Positions 50,387 through 59,448 of a DNA stretch of 64,000 nucleotides are shown here, piece by piece (positions within the stretch are counted from its first letter, which is position 1; every line of letters starts with the position of its first letter). Source of the DNA: a virus (Duplodnaviria > Caudoviricetes); IMG/VR virus record IMGVR_UViG_3300031760_000003, positions 1 through 64,000 of that record; one strand, given 5' to 3'. The position numbers and the translations under genes were made by a program. Below the pieces are notes generated by a model that saw nothing but the letters and a program-made list of their open reading frames with translations, was not told the DNA's origin and searched no databases.

Positions 50387-50602
50387 ATGAGCGATGTAGT
50401 AATTATGAGAGAAGAGATTTTAAGAGATATGAATAACTCAATACTTGCAACAGGAGATGAGGATATCTTCGATGTATGGTTTTCAGTAGGTGTCCCCGAT
50501 ATGTGTGACGATGAAACATACGCTGAAATAGCCGAGGATGAAGAGGAATATAACAGAATTAAAAAAGTTTTCAATAGACTTATGAGAGAAAGTGAGGAGT
50601 AA
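50387..50602 (+). CDS. Small acidic hypothetical protein
   Basis: Promoter and RBS; GDEDIFDVW...GVPD. Confidence 0.75.
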   Translation: MSDVVIMREEILRDMNNSILATGDEDIFDVWFSVGVPDMCDDETYAEIAEDEEEYNRIKKVFNRLMRESEE

Positions 50603-50605
50603 AAA

Positions 50606-50809
50606 ATGACAATTTTAATGGTACTTGGAATAATTATTTTAGCTTTAGGGATGGTAGCCTTAGAGGGTTGGGTAGTAATGATACTTTGGAATTGGCTTAT
50701 GCCTATGGTTTTTGGCTTACCAACTGTTACCTATTGGGTTGCATTAGCACTTATGTTTTTATTTTCTATATTAACAGGTGGATTAGTAAGAGTTAAAGAA
50801 AGAAAGTGA
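50606..50809 (+). CDS. Small membrane protein
   Basis: Hydrophobic; LWNWLMP-x-VFGLP-x-VTYW-x-A motif common in phage membrane ORFs. Confidence 0.75.
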   Translation: MTILMVLGIIILALGMVALEGWVVMILWNWLMPMVFGLPTVTYWVALALMFLFSILTGGLVRVKERK

Positions 50810-50819
50810 GGTATAAAAA

Positions 50820-50960
50820 ATGTTAACAATCGTTTGTCTTGTACTTGCAATTATGTATCTTGCGGAGTTTAATGTAGGAACAGCCCTTGCTATTTGTACT
50901 ATTATCAAGGCACTCTGTGAAGTATTTGTAGCAATTATAAAAATTATTCGAAATGATTAA
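50820..50960 (+). CDS. 46-aa hydrophobic protein
   Basis: GAGGT RBS; coupled to neighbours. Confidence 0.55.
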   Translation: MLTIVCLVLAIMYLAEFNVGTALAICTIIKALCEVFVAIIKIIRND

Positions 50961-50972
50961 GGAGAAAAAATT

Positions 50973-51368
50973 ATGACGAAACTTGATAAAGCAAAAAAGG
51001 TTATAGAGCATTATTACACCGAGGCAAGTTGTGGTATCTTTAATACCCATAACCTTGTTAATGACCCTATGGAAACTTTATATGAGGAGTCAGATGTTAT
51101 CATTGATATCTGTCGCCCGTATGAGTATTTTGAGGTCTTTGGTCTGTCTGAGGAAGAGTTTTCTGAACTCGAGAAATTCTATATGGATTTAGAAACATCG
51201 GTTTATAGTCCCCATAATCCTCAAAGATTGGATGAGGATATAAGAGAAAAGTTAACTGGGTTAGAGGAATCTATTGAAATTCGTAATTATAATAAGCCCT
51301 ATACTATGAAAGAGAAATATAATCTCTGCGTTAAATTAAAGAGAATCCTTGATATGTTTATGGATTAA
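50973..51368 (+). CDS. Hypothetical protein
   Basis: AAGGAG RBS. Confidence 0.75.
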   Translation: MTKLDKAKKVIEHYYTEASCGIFNTHNLVNDPMETLYEESDVIIDICRPYEYFEVFGLSEEEFSELEKFYMDLETSVYSPHNPQRLDEDIREKLTGLEESIEIRNYNKPYTMKEKYNLCVKLKRILDMFMD

Positions 51369-51539
51369 ATTTATAAAATGGCTCGGCATTTCTATTCGCC
51401 GAGCCGTGCGCATTTCACACGGCTCGTATTTTTGTCAAGATGGCAATTTGTATAAAAATAAAACTGATATTTTGTGCAATATTCCCTATTGTAATTATCC
51501 CATAATGTGTTATACTATAATTACAGAAAGGAAAGAAAT

Positions 51540-51652
51540 GCAAGTGGATAACCTTTCAAAGAGAAAAATGGCACTGATAATCATAAAAGTAGGGGTTGTT
51601 AAGACTTTAGCAATTTTGAAAAAAGATTATTACCCATTGGAAACTTGCCCGA
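51540..51652 (+). ncRNA. Structured ncRNA, copy B (homologue at 43955)
   Basis: Shares AAGTGGATAACCTTTCAAAGAGA, AAAAGTAGGG, TTTGAAAAA and GGAAACTT with copy A; compensatory stem changes. Confidence 0.7.
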
Positions 51653-51678
51653 CAATTTTGAAAGAGAGGAAATAAAAA

Positions 51679-51873
51679 ATGAACGACGGAAACAAATATA
51701 TAAGACCACTTACAATTAATATACCTCCCGATGTAGAGTATTTTCTCAAAGAGTGTGACGATGAGGGGTTAAATTTAACTGAAATCATTGATGCAATACT
51801 CAATGACCGAACTGAAATAAGTATAGGTGGAATCAATGCCGTTATCGCCTATGAATCAGTAACACATTTTTAA
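51679..51873 (+). CDS. Small hypothetical protein
   Basis: GAGAGG RBS; related to 51896..52084. Confidence 0.65.
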   Translation: MNDGNKYIRPLTINIPPDVEYFLKECDDEGLNLTEIIDAILNDRTEISIGGINAVIAYESVTHF

Positions 51874-51895
51874 TTAAAAGAAAGGAAATAAGAAA

Positions 51896-52084
51896 ATGGA
51901 ATTTATCAAGCCTACAACTATTATAGTACCTAAGAATTTTGTAAAATTTCTTAAGGAACTCGATGAATTTGCCAATGATACATTTACCAATGATACAGGA
52001 GAAGATATGATCAGTTTATTAAACGATATTGAAACTGAAGAAACTGAACACAATGAGTATATCAAATTTGAATATGAGGAGTAA
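51896..52084 (+). CDS. Small acidic hypothetical protein
   Basis: RBS; followed by a terminator; related to the 60047 and 60265 ORFs. Confidence 0.7.
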   Translation: MEFIKPTTIIVPKNFVKFLKELDEFANDTFTNDTGEDMISLLNDIETEETEHNEYIKFEYEE

Positions 52085-52286
52085 TTAAAAGAGGGGTTAA
52101 CCCCTCTTTTTTTTGTTCGGCGGCTCGCTTGCATTCGAAGCGAGCCGCATTTTGTCAAGTAGTAATATTCGATAAATTTTATAACTGAAATTTAGTAATA
52201 TTTACTACTTGCATTTATCCCTTATTTTGCTATAATTATACTTGTAAGGAACAAGAAAACAAGTTAAGAAAGGTTGGTAAAAAGAA

Positions 52287-53561
52287 ATGGCACTTACAAA
52301 AAATGAGAAATTTAAACTTGATGATTTTATGTGTAGACATATCAATGAGTATTTGACAACAAAAAATGTTCCTATCTCAACTATTCATTCTGATATGGAA
52401 AATGATGATGTTATATTTTCCACCCCCTTAAAGTTGGTAAGCCTTCAGGCAAGTGGCAAAAGAATAGATGAAAATATTAGTATAAAAAGAGATGGTAATA
52501 TTTTAGTATTCGTAAAAGGAGCCTTTTTAAAATTTAATGGTCTTTCTTATGAGTACGGCAAGGTTACCAAAGAAAAAAATATTATTCACCTTACAGGTTA
52601 TACGGGATTACAGTATGACGTTATCACAAAAGAGTTTAATATCAATATAAATAACTGTAAAGACTTTACTCGCCATTATGGTAATTTTGAAAATATGGCT
52701 AATAACTATGAATGGATTTTTAACTATCAGAATGACATCCATGAGATAAAAAATATAATTGAAATGTGTGAAAATTTTGGGTACAAGACAATGCCTAAAG
52801 GGTTGTCTAAAGAGTTAAATGGAAACAGTTTAACTGCCGATTATCTTAAAAAGTATCTTTTAAGAAATTATAGTGGTAAATATTACAATATAAGTGAAAG
52901 TATGTATCGTTACGCAAGTGGAATTTCAATTCCCGATTTAATTAAAACTATATCATGGATAAATGAAAACATACCTTTTGAAAGTTTTATAAAAATGGTT
53001 AAAAACGAAATAGTTTCAGAGGATTTTCGTAGTAATCTTATTATCAATGGTGACATGGAAACATTCTTTGAAAGTGTTAGACGTATGCTTAAAAAATGGG
53101 ATGATAAAGAGCCGTTTAAATTCAATTTTGAAAGAGGTCTTACCTATAACTGTGACGCAATGAACGATTATACAGATAAAGAAAAAAATAAAAAACTTGC
53201 TACTAAATTACAGGCATTTAACTTTATCAATAATCTAAAAATCAATGATGATAAATATATTGTAGTAGTACCCCAAACGCAAAGCGATAAACGTGAAGAG
53301 GGTAGACAGCAGAATAACTGTGTTGGCTCTTACTATGATGATTATATTATGTCAGGTCACGGCACTGTTTATTTCATAAGAAAGGCAAATAATAAAAATC
53401 ACTCTTTTATCACTTGCCGTTATGATTATCGTGATAATAGAACTGTCGAGGCAAGATATGTAAACAATAATAGTATCGAAGATGAAGATAAAGAAATTAT
53501 AAAGAGTCTCGATAAAATAATCAAAGAAAAACTTAATGAAAAAAGAAAGGAAGAAAACTAA
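52287..53561 (+). CDS. PcfJ-like domain protein
   Basis: C-terminal P...EGRQQNNCVGSYY...YFIRK...FIT motif. Confidence 0.7.
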   Translation: MALTKNEKFKLDDFMCRHINEYLTTKNVPISTIHSDMENDDVIFSTPLKLVSLQASGKRIDENISIKRDGNILVFVKGAFLKFNGLSYEYGKVTKEKNIIHLTGYTGLQYDVITKEFNININNCKDFTRHYGNFENMANNYEWIFNYQNDIHEIKNIIEMCENFGYKTMPKGLSKELNGNSLTADYLKKYLLRNYSGKYYNISESMYRYASGISIPDLIKTISWINENIPFESFIKMVKNEIVSEDFRSNLIINGDMETFFESVRRMLKKWDDKEPFKFNFERGLTYNCDAMNDYTDKEKNKKLATKLQAFNFINNLKINDDKYIVVVPQTQSDKREEGRQQNNCVGSYYDDYIMSGHGTVYFIRKANNKNHSFITCRYDYRDNRTVEARYVNNNSIEDEDKEIIKSLDKIIKEKLNEKRKEEN

Positions 53562-53562
53562 A

Positions 53563-53904
53563 ATGAGAAAAATCACTAACCACATTTACCTTGATGAAGA
53601 AAACGGCGCTATTGCCATTGACGCAACAACAGAGGGAGAGGCAAGAGAAATTGCTTTAAGATTTCTGCGTGATAACGGCATCCCCAACCTTTACGGAATT
53701 TCCGTAGGGGATGAAACGGCACTTGCAAGACTTGACATCCCGAGAGGTATGGAAGATACATTGCTCAACCACGATGAAGAGGGAGAGCAGATGGAAGAAT
53801 ATACAGCCCCTCTTATGCGTCAGACACTCTCACGGCTTATTGATATGGGACTTATCAGAGAAGATACCCCCTATCAGAACAACGATGACGATTATTTGTG
53901 GTAA
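53563..53904 (+). CDS. Acidic hypothetical protein
   Basis: ATG 53563, coupled to the upstream stop. Confidence 0.7.
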   Translation: MRKITNHIYLDEENGAIAIDATTEGEAREIALRFLRDNGIPNLYGISVGDETALARLDIPRGMEDTLLNHDEEGEQMEEYTAPLMRQTLSRLIDMGLIREDTPYQNNDDDYLW

Positions 53905-54129
53905 AAATGTGGCACGGCTAAGGGTAAAACCTTTGGTCGTGCCATTTTCTGTCGAAATGGCACGAATTTCGCATTATACCACCCGCCGCATATTTTGTCA
54001 ATGGTAAATTTGTACAAAAGTAACACAAGAAAAATCCTAAAATTTGTACAACTTTTTTCATCATATCCCTTGCAATTCTCAACGTATATGGTATAATTTA
54101 ATTACAGTAAAGGAAAGGAAAACAAAAGT

Positions 54130-54594
54130 ATGGCAGATAAAATTTTAGTATTTGATATGGATGGAACTATCGCAGACCTTTATGGAGTAAACGGATGGTT
54201 GGAAGATTTAAGGTCTTATAATCCTCGACCGTATGAAAATGCTCTACCTATGTATGATATGGATGAACTTAACAGGGTAGTTAATACTCTAAAGGAATCT
54301 GGTTGGAGAGTAGTTGTAACCTCTTGGTTGGCAAAGCAGAGCCACCCTACCTATGATAACAAGGTAAAGAAAGCAAAACTTAAATGGCTTGAAAAGTATA
54401 ACTTCCCCTATGATGAGATACACCTTGTTAAGTATGGTACAACAAAAGCAAATTGCACTCGTCACCACGGTGGTTATCAGGTCTTGGTTGACGATAATGA
54501 GAAAGTGAGAAAGGGTTGGAAATTAGGTAGCACAATAAACGCTAACGAAAATATATTAAAAGATTTGGTGGCTCTTATAGGAGCCACCGCCTAA
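54130..54594 (+). CDS. HAD-superfamily phosphatase (5'(3')-nucleotidase-like)
   Basis: Motif I FDMDGTIAD, VTS, K, LVDD. Confidence 0.8.
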   Translation: MADKILVFDMDGTIADLYGVNGWLEDLRSYNPRPYENALPMYDMDELNRVVNTLKESGWRVVVTSWLAKQSHPTYDNKVKKAKLKWLEKYNFPYDEIHLVKYGTTKANCTRHHGGYQVLVDDNEKVRKGWKLGSTINANENILKDLVALIGATA

Positions 54595-54618
54595 AACAAA
54601 AGAAAAGGAGAAAATAAA

Positions 54619-54870
54619 ATGAAAAAAGTAATATATGTGTTGACTTTATATGACTGTAATGGATATGATGAAGGTCGCGATGATGATGAGGTTTTAAGTG
54701 CTTATGATAGTAAGGAAGAGGCAGAAAAGGGAATGATTAAGTATTACAATGATTATATCTTTCCAAACTATGATGAGCCTAATGCCAATACTATCGAAGA
54801 TGTAGAGGCTTATTTAGATGAACTTAACTTTTATTACGATATTAAAGATATTTACTACTATACAAGATAA
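54619..54870 (+). CDS. Small acidic protein, paralogue of 59772..60032
   Basis: IYVLTLYD...LSAYDS-x-EEAEKGM...YYTR shared. Confidence 0.8.
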   Translation: MKKVIYVLTLYDCNGYDEGRDDDEVLSAYDSKEEAEKGMIKYYNDYIFPNYDEPNANTIEDVEAYLDELNFYYDIKDIYYYTR

Positions 54871-54884
54871 AGGAGAGATATAAA

Positions 54885-55106
54885 ATGAGAAAATATTTAA
54901 CAAATAATGAAATTGCTTGTGAAAGTTATGAAGACGCAATGGAGATATCAAAAATTCTTATAAAAAATAGTTATGTGGTAATGATATCAAAAGAAGAAGA
55001 AATATACGTTGTAAATTATATATGGTCAGAAAGATACGCAGACAGAAATGATGTATGCTTTCTACCAACAGAGGATGTTGAAGAAGAAATTTTTGGTGAT
55101 AAGTAG
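54885..55106 (+). CDS. Small protein, paralogue of 55740..55973
   Basis: KY-x-T-x-NEIA...S(K/R)EE...NY-x-W...DRNDV shared. Confidence 0.8.
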   Translation: MRKYLTNNEIACESYEDAMEISKILIKNSYVVMISKEEEIYVVNYIWSERYADRNDVCFLPTEDVEEEIFGDK

Positions 55107-55383
55107 CGGAGATGTCGCGGTTAGGGGCTAAAGTCCTTGGTCGCGGCGTTTTCCTGCGGAACGCCGCGTATTTTTTGTCAATATGTATTTTTACTAATTT
55201 TATTTTTCAATTTTTGGTAACATTTATCTATTGTAATTTTCCCATTATTTGTTATAATGGTATTATCAAAGAGGTAAATAATATGAAATAACTTGATTTT
55301 ATTCAAGAAAAATAAAAAATTTTTATTGACAAATAAAAAATTTTCTGTTATAATAAATACATAAGATAAAGAAAGGAAAAACA

Positions 55384-55734
55384 ATGGAACTTATCACAAT
55401 TATAGGTAGCATTTTAATATTCCTTATAGTTTTCGGTTTTCTCGGTACACTTATTGCAAGATTGATAGTGGAATCAACTTACATACCTGATATACCTCTT
55501 GTTATTGGGACAATAGTAGGAGTAATAATTTTAACCACTATCTGTACTATAATACTTGTAAGTCAGTGCGAGGGAGTTGAAGAACATTTACAAAATGGTT
55601 GTGAGTGCGGCGGTCGGTATGGTCTTTACGATGTCGAGTACAGTGAAAACCGTGGAGATATTTATTACTATAAGTGTGATAAATGTGGAGATATCTTTGA
55701 AACCACTTTCCGTATATCATTAAATGAGGAGTGA
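55384..55734 (+). CDS. Membrane protein with C-terminal Zn ribbon
   Basis: Two hydrophobic helices; CECGG...CDKCG. Confidence 0.7.
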   Translation: MELITIIGSILIFLIVFGFLGTLIARLIVESTYIPDIPLVIGTIVGVIILTTICTIILVSQCEGVEEHLQNGCECGGRYGLYDVEYSENRGDIYYYKCDKCGDIFETTFRISLNEE

Positions 55735-55739
55735 TTAAA

Positions 55740-55973
55740 ATGAAATATATTACTGATAATGAAATTGCGATAAAAAATAAAGATACGGCTTTGAAAATGG
55801 CAGAAATGCTTATATCTGAAGGCTATTGCGTAATGTTAAGTAGAGAAGAACAGTTATATATCATTAACTATGTATGGACACCTTCTGTAGAGTCAGACCG
55901 TAATGATGTAATATTTTTATCACGAGAAGAATTTGAAGATGAATTTTTCGCAAGTGATGAAGAAAAACATTGA
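55740..55973 (+). CDS. Small protein, paralogue of 54885..55106
   Basis: Paralogy; GAGGAG RBS. Confidence 0.8.
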   Translation: MKYITDNEIAIKNKDTALKMAEMLISEGYCVMLSREEQLYIINYVWTPSVESDRNDVIFLSREEFEDEFFASDEEKH

Positions 55974-56078
55974 CAAAATAAAAATTTTATGATAAAATAA
56001 ATACATAAGATAAAAAACTGTGGCACATAAAAAATATCGAGGGGTTTTACGAACAGTTTCCCCTCAAGAAACAGGTAA

Positions 56079-56152
56079 GTGCCTGTAACTCAATTGGCTA
56101 GAGTAACCGGCTTTTAACCGGTAAGTTGTGGGTTCAAGTCCCACTAGGCACA
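56079..56152 (+). tRNA. tRNA-Lys(TTT)
   Basis: Acceptor GTGCCTG/TAGGCAC, D arm, anticodon arm ACCGG-CTTTTAA-CCGGT, T arm GTGGG-TTCAAGT-CCCAC; followed by CTA rather than CCA. Confidence 0.9.
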
Positions 56153-56530
56153 CTAGGAGTTTTACTGTAAAGGGTTTCTTCCATGCGTAAATAAAAACTA
56201 TTACACGGGGCTTTTTGGTAGCACACAGTATTTTCCTCGAAAGTTAGAAAGAACTACCCCTTGGTGAAAAGGGCGAAACACTGAGATGAGTTGCACATCG
56301 CTCTCACGGTAGCCAAAATAACTAGAGCAGTTTTAGCAAGAGGTTTCTGCTTATCAAAAAACCTCACGGTAGTTTTTTACGGAGTGACAACCATTTTTCT
56401 ACCTTAAAAGAAAAAATTGTTGTTAAAAGGGTTTTTAGTGTTTAGAATAGTTGTCGATTTTTCCCCTTGCAAAACACATCAACTATCAAACGCGTTGAAA
56501 GGCATCTCTGACGAGAGATGTCTTTTTTTT
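56153..56530 (+). ncRNA. Candidate structured RNA(s) co-transcribed with the tRNA
   Basis: ORF-free; hairpins, an H-type pseudoknot at 56325-56365 and a terminal terminator. Confidence 0.45.
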
Positions 56531-56719
56531 TGTCGGCTCGACATGGGTCGCGTCGAGCCGAATTTCTAATTATACCACCTTCCGCAAAATTTGTCAATAG
56601 GCAATTCCACCAAAAACGTCTTCCCGCAACTCCCAAAATTTGTGCAATATTACTACTTGTTTTTCCTACTGTATCTGTTATAATATATATATCAGTTAAG
56701 AAAAGAAAGGAAAGTAAAA

Positions 56720-57409
56720 ATGGACAAAAGGATAAGTTATAAACTTGTAATTGACACGGAAACGTGTCCTCTTGATAAGGAACTTAATGATGTTAACCCT
56801 TATAATATGTTTACGTATGATGTTGGTTGGGCAATTGTTGATAAAAGAGGAAATGTATATGACACTAAATCTTATATTAACGCCGATATCTTCCTTGATG
56901 AAAAAGAACTTATGCAAAGTGCTTACTACTATGATAAAGTGCCTAAATATTGGGAAGATATAAAGTCGGGTAAAAGAACTTTAACCTCATTTTACAAAAT
57001 TAGAAAGTCATTACTTGACGATATCGAAAAATATAATATCAGTGAGGTTTATGCCCACAACATGCGTTTTGATTATGGTACTTTAAATAATACGCAACGT
57101 TGGTTAACTAAATCGGCATATAGATACTTTTTCCCTAAAGATGTAGTTATCTGTGATACTCTAAAAATGGCAAGACAGTTAATTGCAACTATGCCAACAT
57201 ACAAACAGTTTTGTATTGATAATGGCTATATGACTAAAAATAATCAAGTACAGTTAAAAGCCGAAACGATTTATAAGTTTATCTCAGGTGATGATGATTT
57301 TATCGAAAGTCATACAGGTCTTGAGGACGTTTTAATCGAAAAAGAAATACTTGCGTACTGTTATAGAAAACATAAAAAAATGACAAAAGAATTGTGGGAA
57401 AGGGGTTGA
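56720..57409 (+). CDS. DEDDh 3'-5' exonuclease
   Basis: ExoI IDTET, ExoII AHNMRFD, ExoIII HTGLED. Confidence 0.85.
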   Translation: MDKRISYKLVIDTETCPLDKELNDVNPYNMFTYDVGWAIVDKRGNVYDTKSYINADIFLDEKELMQSAYYYDKVPKYWEDIKSGKRTLTSFYKIRKSLLDDIEKYNISEVYAHNMRFDYGTLNNTQRWLTKSAYRYFFPKDVVICDTLKMARQLIATMPTYKQFCIDNGYMTKNNQVQLKAETIYKFISGDDDFIESHTGLEDVLIEKEILAYCYRKHKKMTKELWERG

Positions 57410-57458
57410 CAAGCCCCTTTCCGCATGGTATAATAAAGAAAAACGAGAAAGGTAGGAA

Positions 57459-57938
57459 ATGTTTATGAAACTTTTAATCACATTTATCGTACTATCAATT
57501 ATCAATGTAGTTTTCTCTACTGTTCGTTCAATTACCACTATCAAGAGTGGAAAGACAGTAGCAAGTTTTATCAGTGGTGGGTACTTTGCATTTTACAATG
57601 TAATGTTGATTTACACCGTAGCAGACTTTCCGATGTGGGAAAAATGCGTTATCACTTTTGTTTGTAACGTAATCGGCGTGTATGTGGTAAAACTTATTGA
57701 AGAGAAAATGCGAAAAGATAAGTTATGGAAAGTTGAATTAACAGTAGAAAAAGACAAGACTGAAAGCCTTGATATTCACTTAACAGAACTTGATATCCCT
57801 CATAACTACATTCAGAATATTGGTAACTACACAATTTTCAATATTTATTGTGCAACGCAAAAGGAAAGCACATTAGTAAAGGAACTTGCAACCAGGTATA
57901 ATGCAAAATTCTTCGTATCTGAAACGAAAACACTTTAA
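57459..57938 (+). CDS. Membrane protein (DUF5698/UPF0316-like architecture)
   Basis: Three N-terminal hydrophobic helices plus a soluble C-terminal domain. Confidence 0.55.
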   Translation: MFMKLLITFIVLSIINVVFSTVRSITTIKSGKTVASFISGGYFAFYNVMLIYTVADFPMWEKCVITFVCNVIGVYVVKLIEEKMRKDKLWKVELTVEKDKTESLDIHLTELDIPHNYIQNIGNYTIFNIYCATQKESTLVKELATRYNAKFFVSETKTL

Positions 57939-58173
57939 AATGTCAAGAGAAAAGGTAGATAAAAAATCTACCTTTTTTTGTGTAATTTTACCTATTGACA
58001 TGCGGCAAGAGGTATGGTATAATGGGCGGTGCGTTCGCTACTCAAACGCACCGCATTTTCGTTTATTGTATAATTTGTATAATTTTAAACTGTAAATTTG
58101 GTCATTATTACTACTTGTATTTATCCTATAATATGTTATACTTATATTATCAAAGAAAGAGAGGTAAACAGTT

Positions 58174-58335
58174 ATGGAAAATAAAAACATTATGGATATC
58201 ATTGAAGAAAAGATTAAAGAGATACCTTTAAAGGGTTCGAGAGAATCTGACTTTTTGGAACTCGGTATGCGCATTGTATACGCAGAGATTCTCGATTATC
58301 TTACAGAAGAAGAACTTACAAAAATAAGAAAATAG
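58174..58335 (+). CDS. Small hypothetical protein (53 aa)
   Basis: Promoter; GAGAGGT RBS. Confidence 0.65.
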   Translation: MENKNIMDIIEEKIKEIPLKGSRESDFLELGMRIVYAEILDYLTEEELTKIRK

Positions 58336-58374
58336 TAGTTGACAAACAATAAAAAATATGGTATAATAAATATA

Positions 58375-58460
58375 TAAGAGGTGGCGGAAAGGTAAACGCC
58401 GGATGTGACTCGTTCTCTGAAAAGAGTGTAGAATTGCAGGTTCGAATCCTGTCCTCTTAA
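58375..58460 (+). ncRNA. tRNA-like RNA with aberrant anticodon arm
   Basis: Acceptor TAAGAGG/CCTCTTA, D arm TGGCGGAAAGGTAAACGC, T arm GCAGG-TTCGAAT-CCTGT; own promoter at 58339. Confidence 0.7.
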
Positions 58461-58583
58461 CTCTAAATCAATTCATACTTACCTTCCTTTCAAAAGGCAC
58501 TGTTCAGTTTAAGACTTGGGCAGTGCTTTTTGCTTGACAAATTTTAAAAATTATGTTATAATATTATTAGAAAGTGAGAAAGT

Positions 58584-58757
58584 ATGATTTATAAAGTTGA
58601 CAATGTAAACAAAATTGACTATTATCGGCAAGATAAAGATTCTAAACAACAAAAGAAAAAAGATAAACGAGAACAAGAGAAGAAGAAACAAACAAGTTTT
58701 GAGGATATCTTTGCGGAAGAACTTGAATCTTTATCTAATTTTGATGTGAAGATATAA
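58584..58757 (+). CDS. Small charged hypothetical protein (57 aa)
   Basis: Promoter at 58534; weak RBS. Confidence 0.55.
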   Translation: MIYKVDNVNKIDYYRQDKDSKQQKKKDKREQEKKKQTSFEDIFAEELESLSNFDVKI

Positions 58758-58930
58758 GCTGCGGCAAGGCACTTTACTCGACCGCGGCGTGTTTTGACGC
58801 AACGCCGCGAGTTTTTTGTCAAGATGTATTTTCACTAAATTTTAATTTCCATTTTTGTATAATACTACCTATTGCTTTTGTCCCGAAATAGTGGTATTAT
58901 TAGTATATCAAAGAAAGAGAGGTAACAGTT

Positions 58931-59143
58931 ATGGAAAAGAAATTTGAAAATAAAGATAGAGTTTTAATGGAAAATGCCTTTTTTACTCAGGACAATATAG
59001 GTGTATATGGTTGGTATGGATTAGACTATTTTGAAATAGAAAATAAAGAAGATTTTATAAACCTAAAACGAGATGAATTTTTAACCTTATATAATTTAGT
59101 AGTAGAAATGAAAAAAGAAATTGACAGATTAGAGAATTTATAG
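58931..59143 (+). CDS. Small hypothetical protein
   Basis: GAGAGGT RBS. Confidence 0.7.
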   Translation: MEKKFENKDRVLMENAFFTQDNIGVYGWYGLDYFEIENKEDFINLKRDEFLTLYNLVVEMKKEIDRLENL

Positions 59144-59180
59144 TATAATAAAGTTAATCAAAGAAAGAGAGGTAAGCAAA

Positions 59181-59345
59181 ATGACAGATTACGAAAGATT
59201 AGTTTTAAGAATGAATATTATCGGTGGTATTTTTCAGGATATGGGTAACGAAAATGTAACCGAGAATGACCTTGAAAATATCGCTAAAGATACTGATAGG
59301 TACAAGAGATTTGTTAATGATTATGTAACCTATGGAATTGAGTGA
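59181..59345 (+). CDS. Small hypothetical protein (54 aa)
   Basis: Promoter at 59121; GAGAGGT RBS. Confidence 0.65.
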   Translation: MTDYERLVLRMNIIGGIFQDMGNENVTENDLENIAKDTDRYKRFVNDYVTYGIE

Positions 59346-59350
59346 CGGCT

Positions 59351-59364
59351 CGAACATACGTTCG
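59351..59364. promoter_or_regulatory. Candidate Gram-positive LexA/DinR (Cheo) box
   Basis: CGAACATACGTTCG matches CGAACRNRYGTTCG; 25 nt upstream of the -35 at 59390. Confidence 0.45.
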
Positions 59365-59448
59365 AACCGCACCTCCGCAAAATTTCTGCTTGACAAATAC
59401 CATTAAAGATGATATACTTATATTATCAAAGAAAGAGAGGTAACAGTT

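Noticed and set aside
51538-51675. 45-aa ORF MQVDNLSKR...
   Set aside because: The homologous copy at 43959 stops after 7 codons while base pairing is conserved, which favours an RNA. A leader peptide is not excluded.
56258-56292. Hammerhead ribozyme (stem followed by CGAAAC)
   Set aside because: No CUGANGA directly before the stem.
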